The translations under genes were made by a program, and so were the position numbers. From a virus: DNA of 64,000 bases. The stretch lies in the IMG/VR virus record IMGVR_UViG_3300050343_000199, positions 32,001 through 96,000 of that record, one strand, 5' to 3'. Below the pieces are notes generated by a model that saw only the letters and a list, made by a program, of their open reading frames with translations, had not been told where the DNA came from and did not search any database. Positions 28,601-38,696 of this stretch are shown in pieces (position 1 is the stretch's first letter; each line of letters begins with the position of its first letter).

Positions 28601-31600
28601 ATGTCTGTAATAATAGTTCCATCTGGGAATGATCTTCCCGAACTAACTTTCATACCAATAGCAATATCATCAGTATTAGTCATTGTAACTTGATTAGTTC
28701 CTACTGTCCAAGATACTTGACGATCTGAGTAATCCCAATTTCTTGATGCTAATTTACTTAAACGTACTGCATACTCAAATGCATCAATAGTTGCTTCTAG
28801 TTCTCCCGAAATATAATTAAGTACTCCAGCATTGAAATATTTTTCAACAGCAAACAAAGTTTTTTGATTGCCACCAAATCTCAAGTCATGTTCTAATGCG
28901 TCTAATATAAGACCAATGTCACGATAACATTTTTCACTTAAATTTGTCCATGGAATTGATGTATACTTAGACTTAACATAACCTAAAGTTTCTGATTGAA
29001 TAAATCTTCTGTTTTGGTTAATCTGATTTGCAGCATCTATCCATGTACCACTACGTTGGAAAATATTTTTAATCTTTTTAAGATATTTTTGATTTAATGT
29101 ATCCGATTTAAATTGAAAATTTCTACCATAGAATAGAACCCCTGGAACTGATTGCCCATCTTTATTGGTAGGTCCCAGAGGAGGAGATGCGAAAGTAATT
29201 TTATCTCCGTTTATTGTATACGAGATTCCAGGTTCTTGTAGTATAGCATCCAAGGTAATAGTTAACGCCTGTTCATTGTATGGGTTGACTGAATTGCCAT
29301 TCACATCAACAATATTAAATACAGTTTTTCCTTGTAAATTTCCTTTGTCACCAAAGTTACCATCAAAAGATTCTGTTAAGTAAACTTCAGTAGAAGTAAT
29401 TTCCGAAGTATTAAAAGATTCCGTTGCAACAGAACCAATTCCTTTTTCAACTTTGAAGGAATCCATAAGAACAATACTCTGAGTAATATTCTTTTTGGTA
29501 CTAATAACAGAAATTTTATTTACATCAGGATTCCAAATTTGTACAATACTTGTACCAATAAATTTACTATCACTATTCATTGAAGCATTTGATGCCGATT
29601 CAATCAATACTTCGCCAAAAACTTTAAATCCTGCAGGATGAGTTGTTGACTTGATTAAAGATCTCCAACTATCAATAGAAGTTTTTGATTTAACTAAGTA
29701 TGAATAATCTTGATAATAAAAAGAATCTGTAATTCTTTGATTCTGATCACTTACTTTTCCAGAATCAGATTCAAAGTATCCTTGATTATCATAATAAGTT
29801 TTAATTTGAGGAGAAAACTCAGTATATCTAATAGTTTCTAATATTGCACTTTTGTTTCTAGCAAGACCTTTAATTAGTTTCTTCTGTCTAAAAACACCAG
29901 ATACTCTATCAACACTTAATCTACCAGATCTAAATGAAGTTATTCTTGCTCTTGCCACCTCTACATTATTAATTTCTTGAACAATAGTTTCTCCAATTGC
30001 AAAACAATTCGGATCAAAATTAGACAAAGATAAAATATAATTAGACCTAAATGTTGACGTTAAAGTATTATCTCCATGGAAAGATCCACCTACGTTAATA
30101 ACGTTAATATTTCTAGGGACTCCAATATCATCACTATTAATAAGACATTCAACACTAGACTCAGCAATTTTAACTTCTGGAGCTATAGAATATCCAAACC
30201 CAGAATTTACAACTTCAACACCAGTGATTCTACCTTGGTCTATAATTGCTTTTAATTTTGCATTTCCTTCAACCGAAACAATAGGATTAACATATCCACT
30301 TCCACCGGTTTTTACTGATACTCCAACAATTTTACCATTCTCTATAATAGATGTTGCAGTAGATTTATTGGTGGGCATAATACCCAAAACAGAAGGAACC
30401 TTCTTGTAATCATTACCAATATTAATTACGGCAATAGTATTAATTTTTCCTATTGAAAATTTTGATTTACTAGTATATTCAATTGATCCACTTCCATCAT
30501 TAGTAGCGAGTGTAGCAGTATCGTAAACAACTTTAGTTGGCGTGATATACAATGCAGACTTACTACCCTGCAATGGATCTGGAACTACTTTAATAAAAGA
30601 TCCTTCAGATTGAACATTATTTAACTTATCAAAGTAAAAATATGTCCTAAAAGAAACTTCTGACTTTGTGCTATAGTTATTTGTAGCAATACGTGGACCA
30701 AACCCAAACTTAACATCTAAGACATTGTTTCCTCTAATCGCTTCTAAAGTTTTTAGATTTAAATTTTTGCTAGGTGAAATATCAAATTCAACATCATTCA
30801 TTGATGAGTGGGAAGTATCAAAAATATAACGATAGTCTTCTTTAATTTCAATTAATTGATTTCTCACAAACAAAGTATTATCTAAAGAAAATTCAAAACA
30901 ACGAATCGGATCTTGTACAGAAATTATTCCTGCAAGTCTTTGTTCTTGATCAAAAAATACAGTACTTAGATCAATTGGAGTGATACTATTGACTGTTTGT
31001 CCATAATTGTATACAAACACAATTTTTTGTGTTCTAGAATCATATGAAAAAATACTAGCATCACCAACTGCAGTACCAGGAGAAATAACATAACCGGCAT
31101 TATAAGTTGACACAGTAGCACCATTAAAATGATTTAATGGTGTTGCTCCTCTAGCAACATTAATAGATTTTGTTGAATTGACTACTCGCGATAAAACTGT
31201 AATAACTTCATTTCCAATGCTTAATTTATCACCAGGATTAATTCCTACATTACTACTAAGATTTACAACTGTTTCTGATGAAGAAAGACCAATATGATCA
31301 ACATTAATTTGTACAGCAGGAGTATTAGTATTTGTTTTACTAAGAGCTGTATCTCCAACAGTTAAAACATCAAACAGTTCATAACCAGTACCTTTTTCGG
31401 TTATAGTAACAGATGTTACATTACCGGTAGAAGAAACAACAATATTTGCTTTTGCTCCCGATCCACTACCCCCTACTAATGCAAGGTCATTATATGTGTT
31501 AGTGGTGTAGTCTTCTCCCCCATTTAAGATACTAACTTTTCCAACACCATTGTCGTTTAAAACCCTAGTGATACCAGGGGTTTGTAGCGTTGCTTCTTGG

Positions 31601-34600
31601 TAAACTCTAGATCTTAAATAATATGTTGTTGTAGTGGATGCATCATCCGGATTGATGTCAATATCAATAATATCACTTTCAGCAATACCGTGTGCATCTG
31701 TTGTGGTTAAGATTGCTACATTATCTTTTAAATTGAAGATAATTAAATCATCACTCAGTAAATTAATTGTTATTATTTTAGAACCAGTAGTATTAATTAA
31801 ATCTGAACTTCTTAAAAATAAAGTATCAGATACAACAAAAGAACCAGTAAGAACTTTAATTTTTACGACGTTTTGTTTCGTGGTAGTTTCTAAAACCTCT
31901 CCCGATGCTACTGGAGCACTAAGACCATCAGTAAATTCTAATGTAGCTCCTTTAGTATAAGAAGAGTTTTTATCTAAAAATAGACTAATAACCTTTACAT
32001 TAGATGATAATACATCTGTACTATTAAAAGTACCACTTACATCACGTAGGGCAAATTTAGTTCCCGAAAATACATTTCCTACAATCTTACCAGTAGATCC
32101 AGTTACACTTTGAGTAATGATGTCCCCATCAAATAAGTATGCAATTGATTTTAATTCAACGAATAATGCTTTGGTGTCTTGAGATTCAATACTATCTACA
32201 GATCTTCCTTGTACAGAAGAAACCTCAGCACTTGCTCCAAATCCATCAGTATCTAAATTATCAATAATTAACTCAGATCCAACAGAAAAATTATTAGTAC
32301 TATCTAAAACAGAAACAGAACTAATACTACCTCGTTTTACATCAGTGATCTTTGCTAATGCAAATTCTCCATTCTTAGTAATATTAGATGTTCTAAGTCT
32401 TTTAGCAAATGTTGGAACATTATCTTGTGAAAGTTCAGAATTATAATTTGAATCAACTGGTAAAGAATAATAATTATCACCTAAAATATAAGGAAATACT
32501 GGATCACCTTGAGTATCAAGAGTTGCAAAGTATGCATAAGTTCCTTCTGGGTAATCTGGTGTTACACAGTATCTTCCATTATTTTGATCTAAACTACCAT
32601 ACTCAGCAATATACGTAAAATCATCAATGAATGTTCCAATAGGATATTGACTAACTAATGGACCATTAGATCTACTATTATTTCTAGTATAACTACTAGT
32701 CATTCTAGTAATCGTACTTTGAGAATCTAAAGGATCTTGATGTCCAAATGGACCATAGATTGGATTTCCGTCATAAGCAAAACCAATAATAGGTGAGTGA
32801 GTTACTCCAGTATCTCCAGACCTAATAGTAGATGGTGCTGCATAATAAGCATAACCAGAACCACGATTTATTACATAGTTATTGAAAAAATATCCATTTT
32901 CGGAATCTAAAGAAGATTGATTTTTGTAAAACTTATCTTTTCTCCATTGTCTGATAGATGCAGTTGCTTCAGATCCGGATCCTACTGCAATAATATCTAC
33001 TTGTACATTTTCTTGTGAATATAAACTACCACCATTAATTTTCTCAAATCTATCAATAGCACCTGCAGTGGTAACAACTGCACGATATACTGCAAATCTT
33101 CCTCTACCTGCAGAATCTGTAATTCTTACTTCAGGTGCAGAAGAATAATACTCACCAGCATTTTCAACTACAATACTAGTAATTTCACCATTAGTGATAA
33201 TTGCTCTTGCCTGAGCATTTCTACCTGATAATACTTCTACAGTAGGAATTGAATTATAATCTCCGGGAGTATCAACAATAACAGACTCAACTACTTGACC
33301 TGCTAATCTAGTTCTTGCTAAGTTAGAAACCCCGTCAATTAATATAAATGGTGGTTTAACGTATCCAGATCCTCGTGATGTAACTGCAATAGATTGAATA
33401 GCACCTGAATTGACTACTTCCTCATCTTTGTAACTTAGAAAAGGAATACCATTAATTGCAATACCAATATCTCTATATAATGTCTTATAAATTTCTGTAG
33501 TTTGTATTGGATTCTTTCTGATGATCTTTAGTAGTTTTTGATCTTGAGCATCCGAAGGTGGAGTTGGAATGCTATGCGAAGGAAATCCTGATGATGCAAT
33601 ATAATATCCGCTACCATCTTCAAAAATTGCAGATACATTTGAGTTAAGTCCTGCAACCGCAGCAGAACCTGCACTAAAAACCCATCTTAAATTATTTTGA
33701 GCATCATTAATTCTAATATCATTAGTTAAAAATCCAGACTCGGAAATTTCTACTGATTCTCCAGGATTTGAATATGGAGATTCAACAGAATTGTTTAGTC
33801 CATATAAAAGACCAAATACCTGTAGTTGAATATTACCAGAAGATACTTCTAGGTTATAACTAACAGTTGTTTCAGGTTGATAAGAACCATTACCGTTTCT
33901 TGTTTTAATTACAAATTGATTTACATTTTTTTCTTCAAATGTAAAAATTTCAGATCCTATTACAAAAGATCCTTTTGTCTCCCAACCCATTGTAGAAAAA
34001 ACATTTACCCTATCACCAACAGTTGTTGATGGAGATATAGGACTTGTTAATTGAGTCTTTAAAGATGAATTAAAATTTCCATTAACACTAGATTCGTTTA
34101 GAATAATATCATATAATTCTTCATTATCAAAAGTACCACTATATTTGACATTATCTACAACTGCAGATGCATAATTACCTTCTACATTTTGAGTAATCTG
34201 CTTTCCAATTAAGTCGTTTGGGTCTCCATTAAGAATTTTTACTCTTAATGCATATGATTGAATCCAGTTAGATTCCGATGACTTTAACGTAAAATCTCTT
34301 GGATATGCAACATCAGGATTCGGATCATCTTGAATTAAACATTTAAATAGAAACTTAATAGAACTATCAGTTCCTTTTGCTCTATAAAAATCGGTAATAT
34401 TTTTTAGTAAAGTTCTCTTGTCAACTCCTTCCTTCAGGTATGCTTCAGGGAAATCTGCAAGGTATTGTGCTTCAAAACTTTTAACTAAAGAATATAAAAA
34501 TAGATTACTAATATTTTGTACAGTAGACCCATTAACATGAGTATCTGCTTGTGTGGTTACAAAAGTACTACTATTATAAAGATCACCAATAGTAGTATTA

Positions 34601-34968
34601 CCACTGACACCACGACTTACTTCTAAAAATTGAGTATCTGTTCTTTCTGCATAAAAACAAATCTCATTATCAATTTTGATGTATCCACCAATCTTAGGAA
34701 ATGAAGTTGCATCAGCAACAGTAATTGTTGTGCTTAATTCACCTAAAGATCCAACAATGGTAGTTGACTCTTTAAGAATATTCGTTTCGTAAAAATCAAT
34801 ATCACGATACGATTGAAGATTCGCAATGATATCAACCGGTTGACCTTGTAATTCTAATTGCTCATAATATTTTTGTATGAACTTACTAAAAAGTTCATAC
34901 TCTTCATTAATAAAGTCCGGTAATTGTGACTCAACTAGATATGAGATTTTATTAGCAGTTTTGACCAT
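25609..34968 (-). CDS. gp7: Baseplate wedge initiator gp7 (3119 aa)
   Basis: KISYLVESQLPDFI.EEY..F..F..KYYE; K.I.DFYRAKGT..SIKFLF; SPIIGFAYDGNPIYGPFG; DSFYYQDYSY.VKS; THPAGFKVFGEV. Confidence 0.88.
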   Translation of the reverse strand: MVKTANKISYLVESQLPDFINEEYELFSKFIQKYYEQLELQGQPVDIIANLQSYRDIDFYETNILKESTTIVGSLGELSTTITVADATSFPKIGGYIKIDNEICFYAERTDTQFLEVSRGVSGNTTIGDLYNSSTFVTTQADTHVNGSTVQNISNLFLYSLVKSFEAQYLADFPEAYLKEGVDKRTLLKNITDFYRAKGTDSSIKFLFKCLIQDDPNPDVAYPRDFTLKSSESNWIQSYALRVKILNGDPNDLIGKQITQNVEGNYASAVVDNVKYSGTFDNEELYDIILNESSVNGNFNSSLKTQLTSPISPSTTVGDRVNVFSTMGWETKGSFVIGSEIFTFEEKNVNQFVIKTRNGNGSYQPETTVSYNLEVSSGNIQLQVFGLLYGLNNSVESPYSNPGESVEISESGFLTNDIRINDAQNNLRWVFSAGSAAVAGLNSNVSAIFEDGSGYYIASSGFPSHSIPTPPSDAQDQKLLKIIRKNPIQTTEIYKTLYRDIGIAINGIPFLSYKDEEVVNSGAIQSIAVTSRGSGYVKPPFILIDGVSNLARTRLAGQVVESVIVDTPGDYNSIPTVEVLSGRNAQARAIITNGEITSIVVENAGEYYSSAPEVRITDSAGRGRFAVYRAVVTTAGAIDRFEKINGGSLYSQENVQVDIIAVGSGSEATASIRQWRKDKFYKNQSSLDSENGYFFNNYVINRGSGYAYYAAPSTIRSGDTGVTHSPIIGFAYDGNPIYGPFGHQDPLDSQSTITRMTSSYTRNNSRSNGPLVSQYPIGTFIDDFTYIAEYGSLDQNNGRYCVTPDYPEGTYAYFATLDTQGDPVFPYILGDNYYSLPVDSNYNSELSQDNVPTFAKRLRTSNITKNGEFALAKITDVKRGSISSVSVLDSTNNFSVGSELIIDNLDTDGFGASAEVSSVQGRSVDSIESQDTKALFVELKSIAYLFDGDIITQSVTGSTGKIVGNVFSGTKFALRDVSGTFNSTDVLSSNVKVISLFLDKNSSYTKGATLEFTDGLSAPVASGEVLETTTKQNVVKIKVLTGSFVVSDTLFLRSSDLINTTGSKIITINLLSDDLIIFNLKDNVAILTTTDAHGIAESDIIDIDINPDDASTTTTYYLRSRVYQEATLQTPGITRVLNDNGVGKVSILNGGEDYTTNTYNDLALVGGSGSGAKANIVVSSTGNVTSVTITEKGTGYELFDVLTVGDTALSKTNTNTPAVQINVDHIGLSSSETVVNLSSNVGINPGDKLSIGNEVITVLSRVVNSTKSINVARGATPLNHFNGATVSTYNAGYVISPGTAVGDASIFSYDSRTQKIVFVYNYGQTVNSITPIDLSTVFFDQEQRLAGIISVQDPIRCFEFSLDNTLFVRNQLIEIKEDYRYIFDTSHSSMNDVEFDISPSKNLNLKTLEAIRGNNVLDVKFGFGPRIATNNYSTKSEVSFRTYFYFDKLNNVQSEGSFIKVVPDPLQGSKSALYITPTKVVYDTATLATNDGSGSIEYTSKSKFSIGKINTIAVINIGNDYKKVPSVLGIMPTNKSTATSIIENGKIVGVSVKTGGSGYVNPIVSVEGNAKLKAIIDQGRITGVEVVNSGFGYSIAPEVKIAESSVECLINSDDIGVPRNINVINVGGSFHGDNTLTSTFRSNYILSLSNFDPNCFAIGETIVQEINNVEVARARITSFRSGRLSVDRVSGVFRQKKLIKGLARNKSAILETIRYTEFSPQIKTYYDNQGYFESDSGKVSDQNQRITDSFYYQDYSYLVKSKTSIDSWRSLIKSTTHPAGFKVFGEVLIESASNASMNSDSKFIGTSIVQIWNPDVNKISVISTKKNITQSIVLMDSFKVEKGIGSVATESFNTSEITSTEVYLTESFDGNFGDKGNLQGKTVFNIVDVNGNSVNPYNEQALTITLDAILQEPGISYTINGDKITFASPPLGPTNKDGQSVPGVLFYGRNFQFKSDTLNQKYLKKIKNIFQRSGTWIDAANQINQNRRFIQSETLGYVKSKYTSIPWTNLSEKCYRDIGLILDALEHDLRFGGNQKTLFAVEKYFNAGVLNYISGELEATIDAFEYAVRLSKLASRNWDYSDRQVSWTVGTNQVTMTNTDDIAIGMKVSSGRSFPDGTIITDIIDGRTIQVSNNSVAVTPDPSGNADMTFIWSGLNVGTYFDASTLIEKNKSSMITDTINAINTKYLSLASTNYSTKCSRDLGLLVDAVNYCLKYGGNRKIVEFAESYFVDGNLNYIKDELNETVYAHKVLRDLMIIAMRNQGSVKDNSIRIDSSSPACAEVASSITTYIDIVESILEGGPNRIDTVEQNSNSTGYWTTFTSYSNYNILPDPLLLSELKECEEVASALDSLFENVRETLTTGPQTSTISYPDYINGENTIFELYYEDGTAVDTEINENLFIALSGVLQHDPAYTIDKTSVPNKVVFDTPPIWGQDENTKTVQEPLAVEKFFAHGVGNYIRCEIEKSGILTGSGGPFLILNSKNKKVQTVDDPKFAYVFIDGILQRNGVSYTITGPAIRFTKKIFRENNVEIILLYGRDIDQTVTLFDFQRNSYYNEIKITCDAGSPNNFIDWISWFNTSYDKFQVAYQKIGNTKKFIGNVKNYTTTSQTLIITLAGNNPNVDTSNIFFAGESDFSDEYELSETTDTIEVIRDSNNDYRMQRNSGNWLYGTPRADESFYERKRLLANLNAKDLIRIDGEKEFRTINALPRYTNPKDYNPGQDVSNAFFGSVTTTNYNGNVRGVGLSVTCEIENGSVSKVTWNRRDLQLLYDEGIIQPTTAYDYDSPPILHFVSVNQEGGGARAEVVVSGGQIVDIVLTKKGSGYTKSPKVITARSYDLIKSSGRKIDTFHTLGIGTQIGQSSPVAVASFFNIIKGIDLPVAIIDPSVTITDEYIDITLIIQSIVDTAPLFTVSREYKFFNPFAGSTSIAGPTTQADADILVIIEPKLVSDNILVTTSINVTEYFEVGFSMWASDLVDLTFFNNINHWENSIFMDLGDIIAPSGDPVSEVQLAELEPYEIISDGSSSSAYPFNLGYSSINYYMAQLDTSDLPDQGDAGFIATGEVVYANTARFPSSGTILIGGEKISYTSKLSDRFINCTRGADGSPIALHTVGDYLRNAL

Positions 34969-34974
34969 CTACTA

Positions 34975-36777
34975 CTACTCTTTGTATGCTACAAATGTAC
35001 TCTTTGAGATATCTACGTCTAGATATACTTCACGTTTAACTTCAACATCATTACTGGATGGTTTTACTCTCAGTTCAATACGATTGTCTGAGAATGTTCC
35101 TTTCAGAATAGTGAAGTCATACAATTTAATCTCACCTTTGACATAATCAACATCACCAACAGAATCGTTTAGGAGAATTTTATCTCCAGTTAGTGAATCT
35201 AGTCTATATAGGACGATTTTGCCATCTCTATCTTCCAAATACGATGTGTAATTGGGATGTTCAAAAACAGTCATACCAGTAGATGTTACAACTGGATTAT
35301 CACAATCTTTTAAGAATTCATTTTGATAACAAATTTCGTAAAAAGAAGATGCATTGATTTGAGCATAAAAATCTTTTCTTAACGTAATTTCTGTAATGTT
35401 AGAATTGATTGAACGATCAGAACTATCAATTACACCTATGAATTTACTATATCTAAACTTACCATTAAATTTTTCGGTACTTGATGTTTTTAAGTACTCA
35501 TTAACTCCAGTTGAAACTTTTGCTGCAACTTCAGCTGGAAGAAGATTAGTTTTAGCACCATCAAAGTAAACCTTACTATTAATTTCAACAAAAAGAATAG
35601 ATGGGTCTAAAAACACAGGTTTTACAGAAGCAACTGTATAACTCCTTAACTTATCCGTTAGTTCTTTCTTAGTTACTGAAGATAAAGAATTTGCTACAGT
35701 TGGTTTCACAGCAATGAATACTTTACCATAATCAGGTGGTACTTGATCCTCACCACCAAATACAATGATATCACTCACTGCAGGATACAAATTTCTTACA
35801 ATAGCAGAATAATCATTTGATGTTACTGCTCTATTCTGAGAACCATAGAATTTTGGTGCATTGAATTTAATCTTTTCAATACTTTCAATTGCAGATCCAC
35901 CTTGTGCATTAGAAGTTGTTACAATATTATTAACAGCAAATGGTGATGATACTTTAATATCATTCTCATCTAAGAATACACCACTAAACGTAAATGACTT
36001 TGCACCATTAGATTGTGAACCTTTTGTTAAAATATAACTTATTTCAATTACATTTCCGTCAGTTAATTTTTTGCCGAGAATGCCATCCCCAAAAAATAAC
36101 TCATATTGCTCATCATCAATTTCATTGATGAAATATACTTTATCTTCACTTCCTACTTGAAGAATATTATCTGACTTCTTATATTCTTCATAGACACTAG
36201 AACCAGCAGACTCATACACTCTAACAATTAATGTATTTAAATCTGCTGCTGAATTCTGAATTTTAAATTTTTGATCTTTTAATGATCCATCATACGTAAA
36301 TGTACTCAATACATATGATCCTTCATTTAAAAGGACATTAGAGAACGTTGCAACGTTATTGACAACCGGAACTTTAATATCTTTTAGTGTAACATAACGA
36401 TAAAGAGTTTTATCGTAATTAGTTACAAATCCAGTTCCTGCTTTCAATTTAATTGAAGCGGGTCCTGAAACTGGAAATGTAACAGAAAATCCAAGTTCTG
36501 CACTTGGTGATGTAATTGATTTGGGAGTATACCCTAATTGCTTCGCTAACGATACTACGTTGTCTCTCAGCGTTGCTGAATCTAGGAATAGTTCATTGAC
36601 TACCATATTGGCATTAAATGCCGTGTAGTACGTATTGTATGCCAATACATCTAACAACTGACTTAATGCAGAACCTTCAAAATCATAATCGGTAAAATCC
36701 GATTGTGATCTCATGTAATCTTTGAGAGTACTCTTGATTTCGGTGAAATCTAGATTGTTTAATTGAGTATATGGCAT
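34975..36777 (-). CDS. gp6: Baseplate wedge subunit gp6
   Basis: NLDFTEIK..LKDY.RSQSDFTDYDFEGS.LS.LLDVLAYNTYYTAFNANM; QNRAVTSNDY; PPDYGKVFIAVKP. Confidence 0.95.
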   Translation of the reverse strand: MPYTQLNNLDFTEIKSTLKDYMRSQSDFTDYDFEGSALSQLLDVLAYNTYYTAFNANMVVNELFLDSATLRDNVVSLAKQLGYTPKSITSPSAELGFSVTFPVSGPASIKLKAGTGFVTNYDKTLYRYVTLKDIKVPVVNNVATFSNVLLNEGSYVLSTFTYDGSLKDQKFKIQNSAADLNTLIVRVYESAGSSVYEEYKKSDNILQVGSEDKVYFINEIDDEQYELFFGDGILGKKLTDGNVIEISYILTKGSQSNGAKSFTFSGVFLDENDIKVSSPFAVNNIVTTSNAQGGSAIESIEKIKFNAPKFYGSQNRAVTSNDYSAIVRNLYPAVSDIIVFGGEDQVPPDYGKVFIAVKPTVANSLSSVTKKELTDKLRSYTVASVKPVFLDPSILFVEINSKVYFDGAKTNLLPAEVAAKVSTGVNEYLKTSSTEKFNGKFRYSKFIGVIDSSDRSINSNITEITLRKDFYAQINASSFYEICYQNEFLKDCDNPVVTSTGMTVFEHPNYTSYLEDRDGKIVLYRLDSLTGDKILLNDSVGDVDYVKGEIKLYDFTILKGTFSDNRIELRVKPSSNDVEVKREVYLDVDISKSTFVAYKE

Positions 36778-37172
36778 TATCTCGTCCTAGACAGGAAGAA
36801 CTCTATTTGAACAGGTGGGACTTCTGTTCCTCTTATCTCATACGTCATTTCAACATCTAAACCGTTATCTTCAAAGTTGGGAATACAACTAATAGATGTT
36901 ACGGCGATTCTAGGTTCGTATTTTGCTAGAGACAATTGCATATTTCGTTTAATAATACCTGCAACTGCATAGTCCAAAGGTTCAAACAAAAATGATCTAA
37001 TGTCTGAACCATAATCAGGATTAAATAAACGCTCACCCTTATTTGTAAGTACTAAATTAACAATTGCTTGTTTAATTGCAGCATTATCTTTACTGACAAC
37101 TACATCGTCAGTAACAGGGTGTTTTTTGAAAGTAATATTGACATCTCTAAACGTGAGATTAGAAGTTGCCAT
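36777..37172 (-). CDS. gp25: Baseplate wedge subunit gp25
   Basis: FRDVNITFKKHPVTDD; AIKQAIVNLVLTNKGERLFNPDYGS.I...LFEP; YEPRI. Confidence 0.95.
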   Translation of the reverse strand: MATSNLTFRDVNITFKKHPVTDDVVVSKDNAAIKQAIVNLVLTNKGERLFNPDYGSDIRSFLFEPLDYAVAGIIKRNMQLSLAKYEPRIAVTSISCIPNFEDNGLDVEMTYEIRGTEVPPVQIEFFLSRTR

Positions 37173-37194
37173 TAAGAGTATACGGAGTCAATAG

Positions 37195-37839
37195 TTATTT
37201 AGCGATATCTTCCCATGGTGGAGCTGAATCTTTAGCGAGATCTTCCCAAATTATATTCCATGAAACACTAATCCTACACTCGTCTCCATTATGTGGAGTT
37301 ACGTAATGAGGTAACCAACTTTCAAAAACTAAACCTTCACCTTCACTTGCCTTAAAATTCAAAGTTGGCATTTCAAACGTACTACCCATAGCTCCTGCTC
37401 TTGTATCAGGGAATGCAATTGATCCGGATTTTTCATCGCAAGTACTCGGCACCTTTACATAGTAAACACCACTTAGACGGAAACCAGGATGACTATGGTA
37501 GTTTGAATAACCACCTTTAGCTAGTTTTATTGCCCAAGTTTCTAGAATATATTTTTCTTCAAATAGATCACGTCCTGCAAACGCACTACATGCTCCTATA
37601 ATCATAGCATGTAACTCTTTAGACCAATCATAATCTAAATTTGTTAAATTAATATCTGAGTGCCACCCATGTCCACCTAAAGAAAATGTTTTATTATCCG
37701 GATTTTTTTTACTTTGCTCAATAACATAGTTAGCAATTTTCTTATTCATCTTCTTAAAATTAAGATTATTACAAAATGCTAGAAGTTGAGTAGGAAAAAA
37801 CTGCTTCTTATTAATTAATAAACCTGAAGTACTTGTCAT
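37195..37839 (-). CDS. 2OG-Fe(II) oxygenase superfamily protein (TIGR02466-like)
   Basis: ETWAIKL..GGYSNYHSHPG..LSGVYYV; GLVFESWLPHYVTP; RISVSWN; start moved to ATG 37839 (ATGA overlap). Confidence 0.85.
   Translation of the reverse strand: MTSTSGLLINKKQFFPTQLLAFCNNLNFKKMNKKIANYVIEQSKKNPDNKTFSLGGHGWHSDINLTNLDYDWSKELHAMIIGACSAFAGRDLFEEKYILETWAIKLAKGGYSNYHSHPGFRLSGVYYVKVPSTCDEKSGSIAFPDTRAGAMGSTFEMPTLNFKASEGEGLVFESWLPHYVTPHNGDECRISVSWNIIWEDLAKDSAPPWEDIAK
37196..37202 (-). promoter_or_regulatory. Probable late promoter variant CTAAATA
   Basis: TAAATA core 23 nt upstream of gp25 ATG. Confidence 0.55.
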
Positions 37840-38024
37840 TGACTCCAACGTTCTACAAATTTACCCATCTCACTATCTGGGTTTGGATACAACTCTTCCT
37901 TACGCTTATTCCTATTTCGTTTTGCTGCCATGTCAAGATACTTATCACTATCAGTCTCAGTGATGAGAGTCATTCCTTCATCAATAAAACTTTGACCTTT
38001 ATCAACTTTATGATGATTACCCAT
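37836..38024 (-). CDS. Conserved cyanophage hypothetical protein
   Basis: Start at MGNHHKVDKG (GGAG upstream, overlaps upstream stop); GMTLITE..S.KYL motif. Confidence 0.7.
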   Translation of the reverse strand: MGNHHKVDKGQSFIDEGMTLITETDSDKYLDMAAKRNRNKRKEELYPNPDSEMGKFVERWSQ

Positions 38025-38550
38025 TGTAGCTCCAGTGTTTGTTTGGTTGTTCCCACCAGAAGTGTAAGTCTTCTGTGTTGTCGTCATAATATTCAGATAC
38101 TAATTCGCTTTTAAATTTACTATGAATGTTTTCACACAATGAAAGAGTATGATAATTCTTGTCTGAAAACTTCTCCATCGCTTCTGTGATCCAAGTATAG
38201 TTACCCCCACGGATAACTCCCGCTTCACATAGGATAAAGTTATCCCAGTCTAATACCCAATCCGCATAATTCAATATAAAGATGTCCTTATACGGATCTA
38301 CACCTTCATCAGGAAACGGAACGTTCACTGATTCAACATGAAAGCACTCTCTGTCCATGGATAATCCGTGACAAAGGTGCTGGGTTACAATACTAGAATA
38401 ATCAGGAGAAATACAAAGCAAACATGTCTTACTAGGATGAATATCCCAATCGGACATCTTCACCTTATATATCATTTCCTGAATTAATGCCATCTCCTTA
38501 TCTTGGGAGATAAACAATAAGTCTCGGCGCTTCGGCGTTTTGAGACTCAC
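38017..38550 (-). CDS. Phosphoribosyltransferase-like protein
   Basis: 177 aa; NFILCEAGVIRGGNYT resembles a degenerate PRPP-binding loop; GTGA coupling to upstream gene. Confidence 0.5.
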   Translation of the reverse strand: MSLKTPKRRDLLFISQDKEMALIQEMIYKVKMSDWDIHPSKTCLLCISPDYSSIVTQHLCHGLSMDRECFHVESVNVPFPDEGVDPYKDIFILNYADWVLDWDNFILCEAGVIRGGNYTWITEAMEKFSDKNYHTLSLCENIHSKFKSELVSEYYDDNTEDLHFWWEQPNKHWSYNG

Positions 38551-38693
38551 TTACCCTGACCGCGATAACGCTTCTTAGCGCCATTACGACTCGTAGATGC
38601 ATACTTCGTATGCTTTCCCATACCTTGACGACTCTTCTTCGGTTTTGCTTCAATCTCTAAAGTACCCGATAGTCCTGATTTTGCTTTTGCCAT
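38547..38693 (-). CDS. Small basic conserved protein (48 aa, ...KKRYRGQGK); not in ORF track
   Basis: Hand-translated MAKAKSGLSGTLEIEAKPKKSRQGMGKHTKYASTSRNGAKKRYRGQGK*; the YRGQG C-terminus is typical of marine T4-like phages near gp25. Confidence 0.85.
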   Translation of the reverse strand: MAKAKSGLSGTLEIEAKPKKSRQGMGKHTKYASTSRNGAKKRYRGQGK

Positions 38694-38696
38694 GAA

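Noticed and set aside
15650-34968. Inteins or group I introns in the very large gp7 and VrlC-like genes
   Set aside because: No intein N-/C-terminal motifs (C...HN), LAGLIDADG or HNH inserts, or frame interruptions recognised by eye; a formal alignment could still reveal insertions.
132-35146. Numerous 60-110-aa nested ORFs in the structural block
   Set aside because: All lie inside or antisense to large structural genes and reflect low-complexity Gly/Ser/Thr codon usage.
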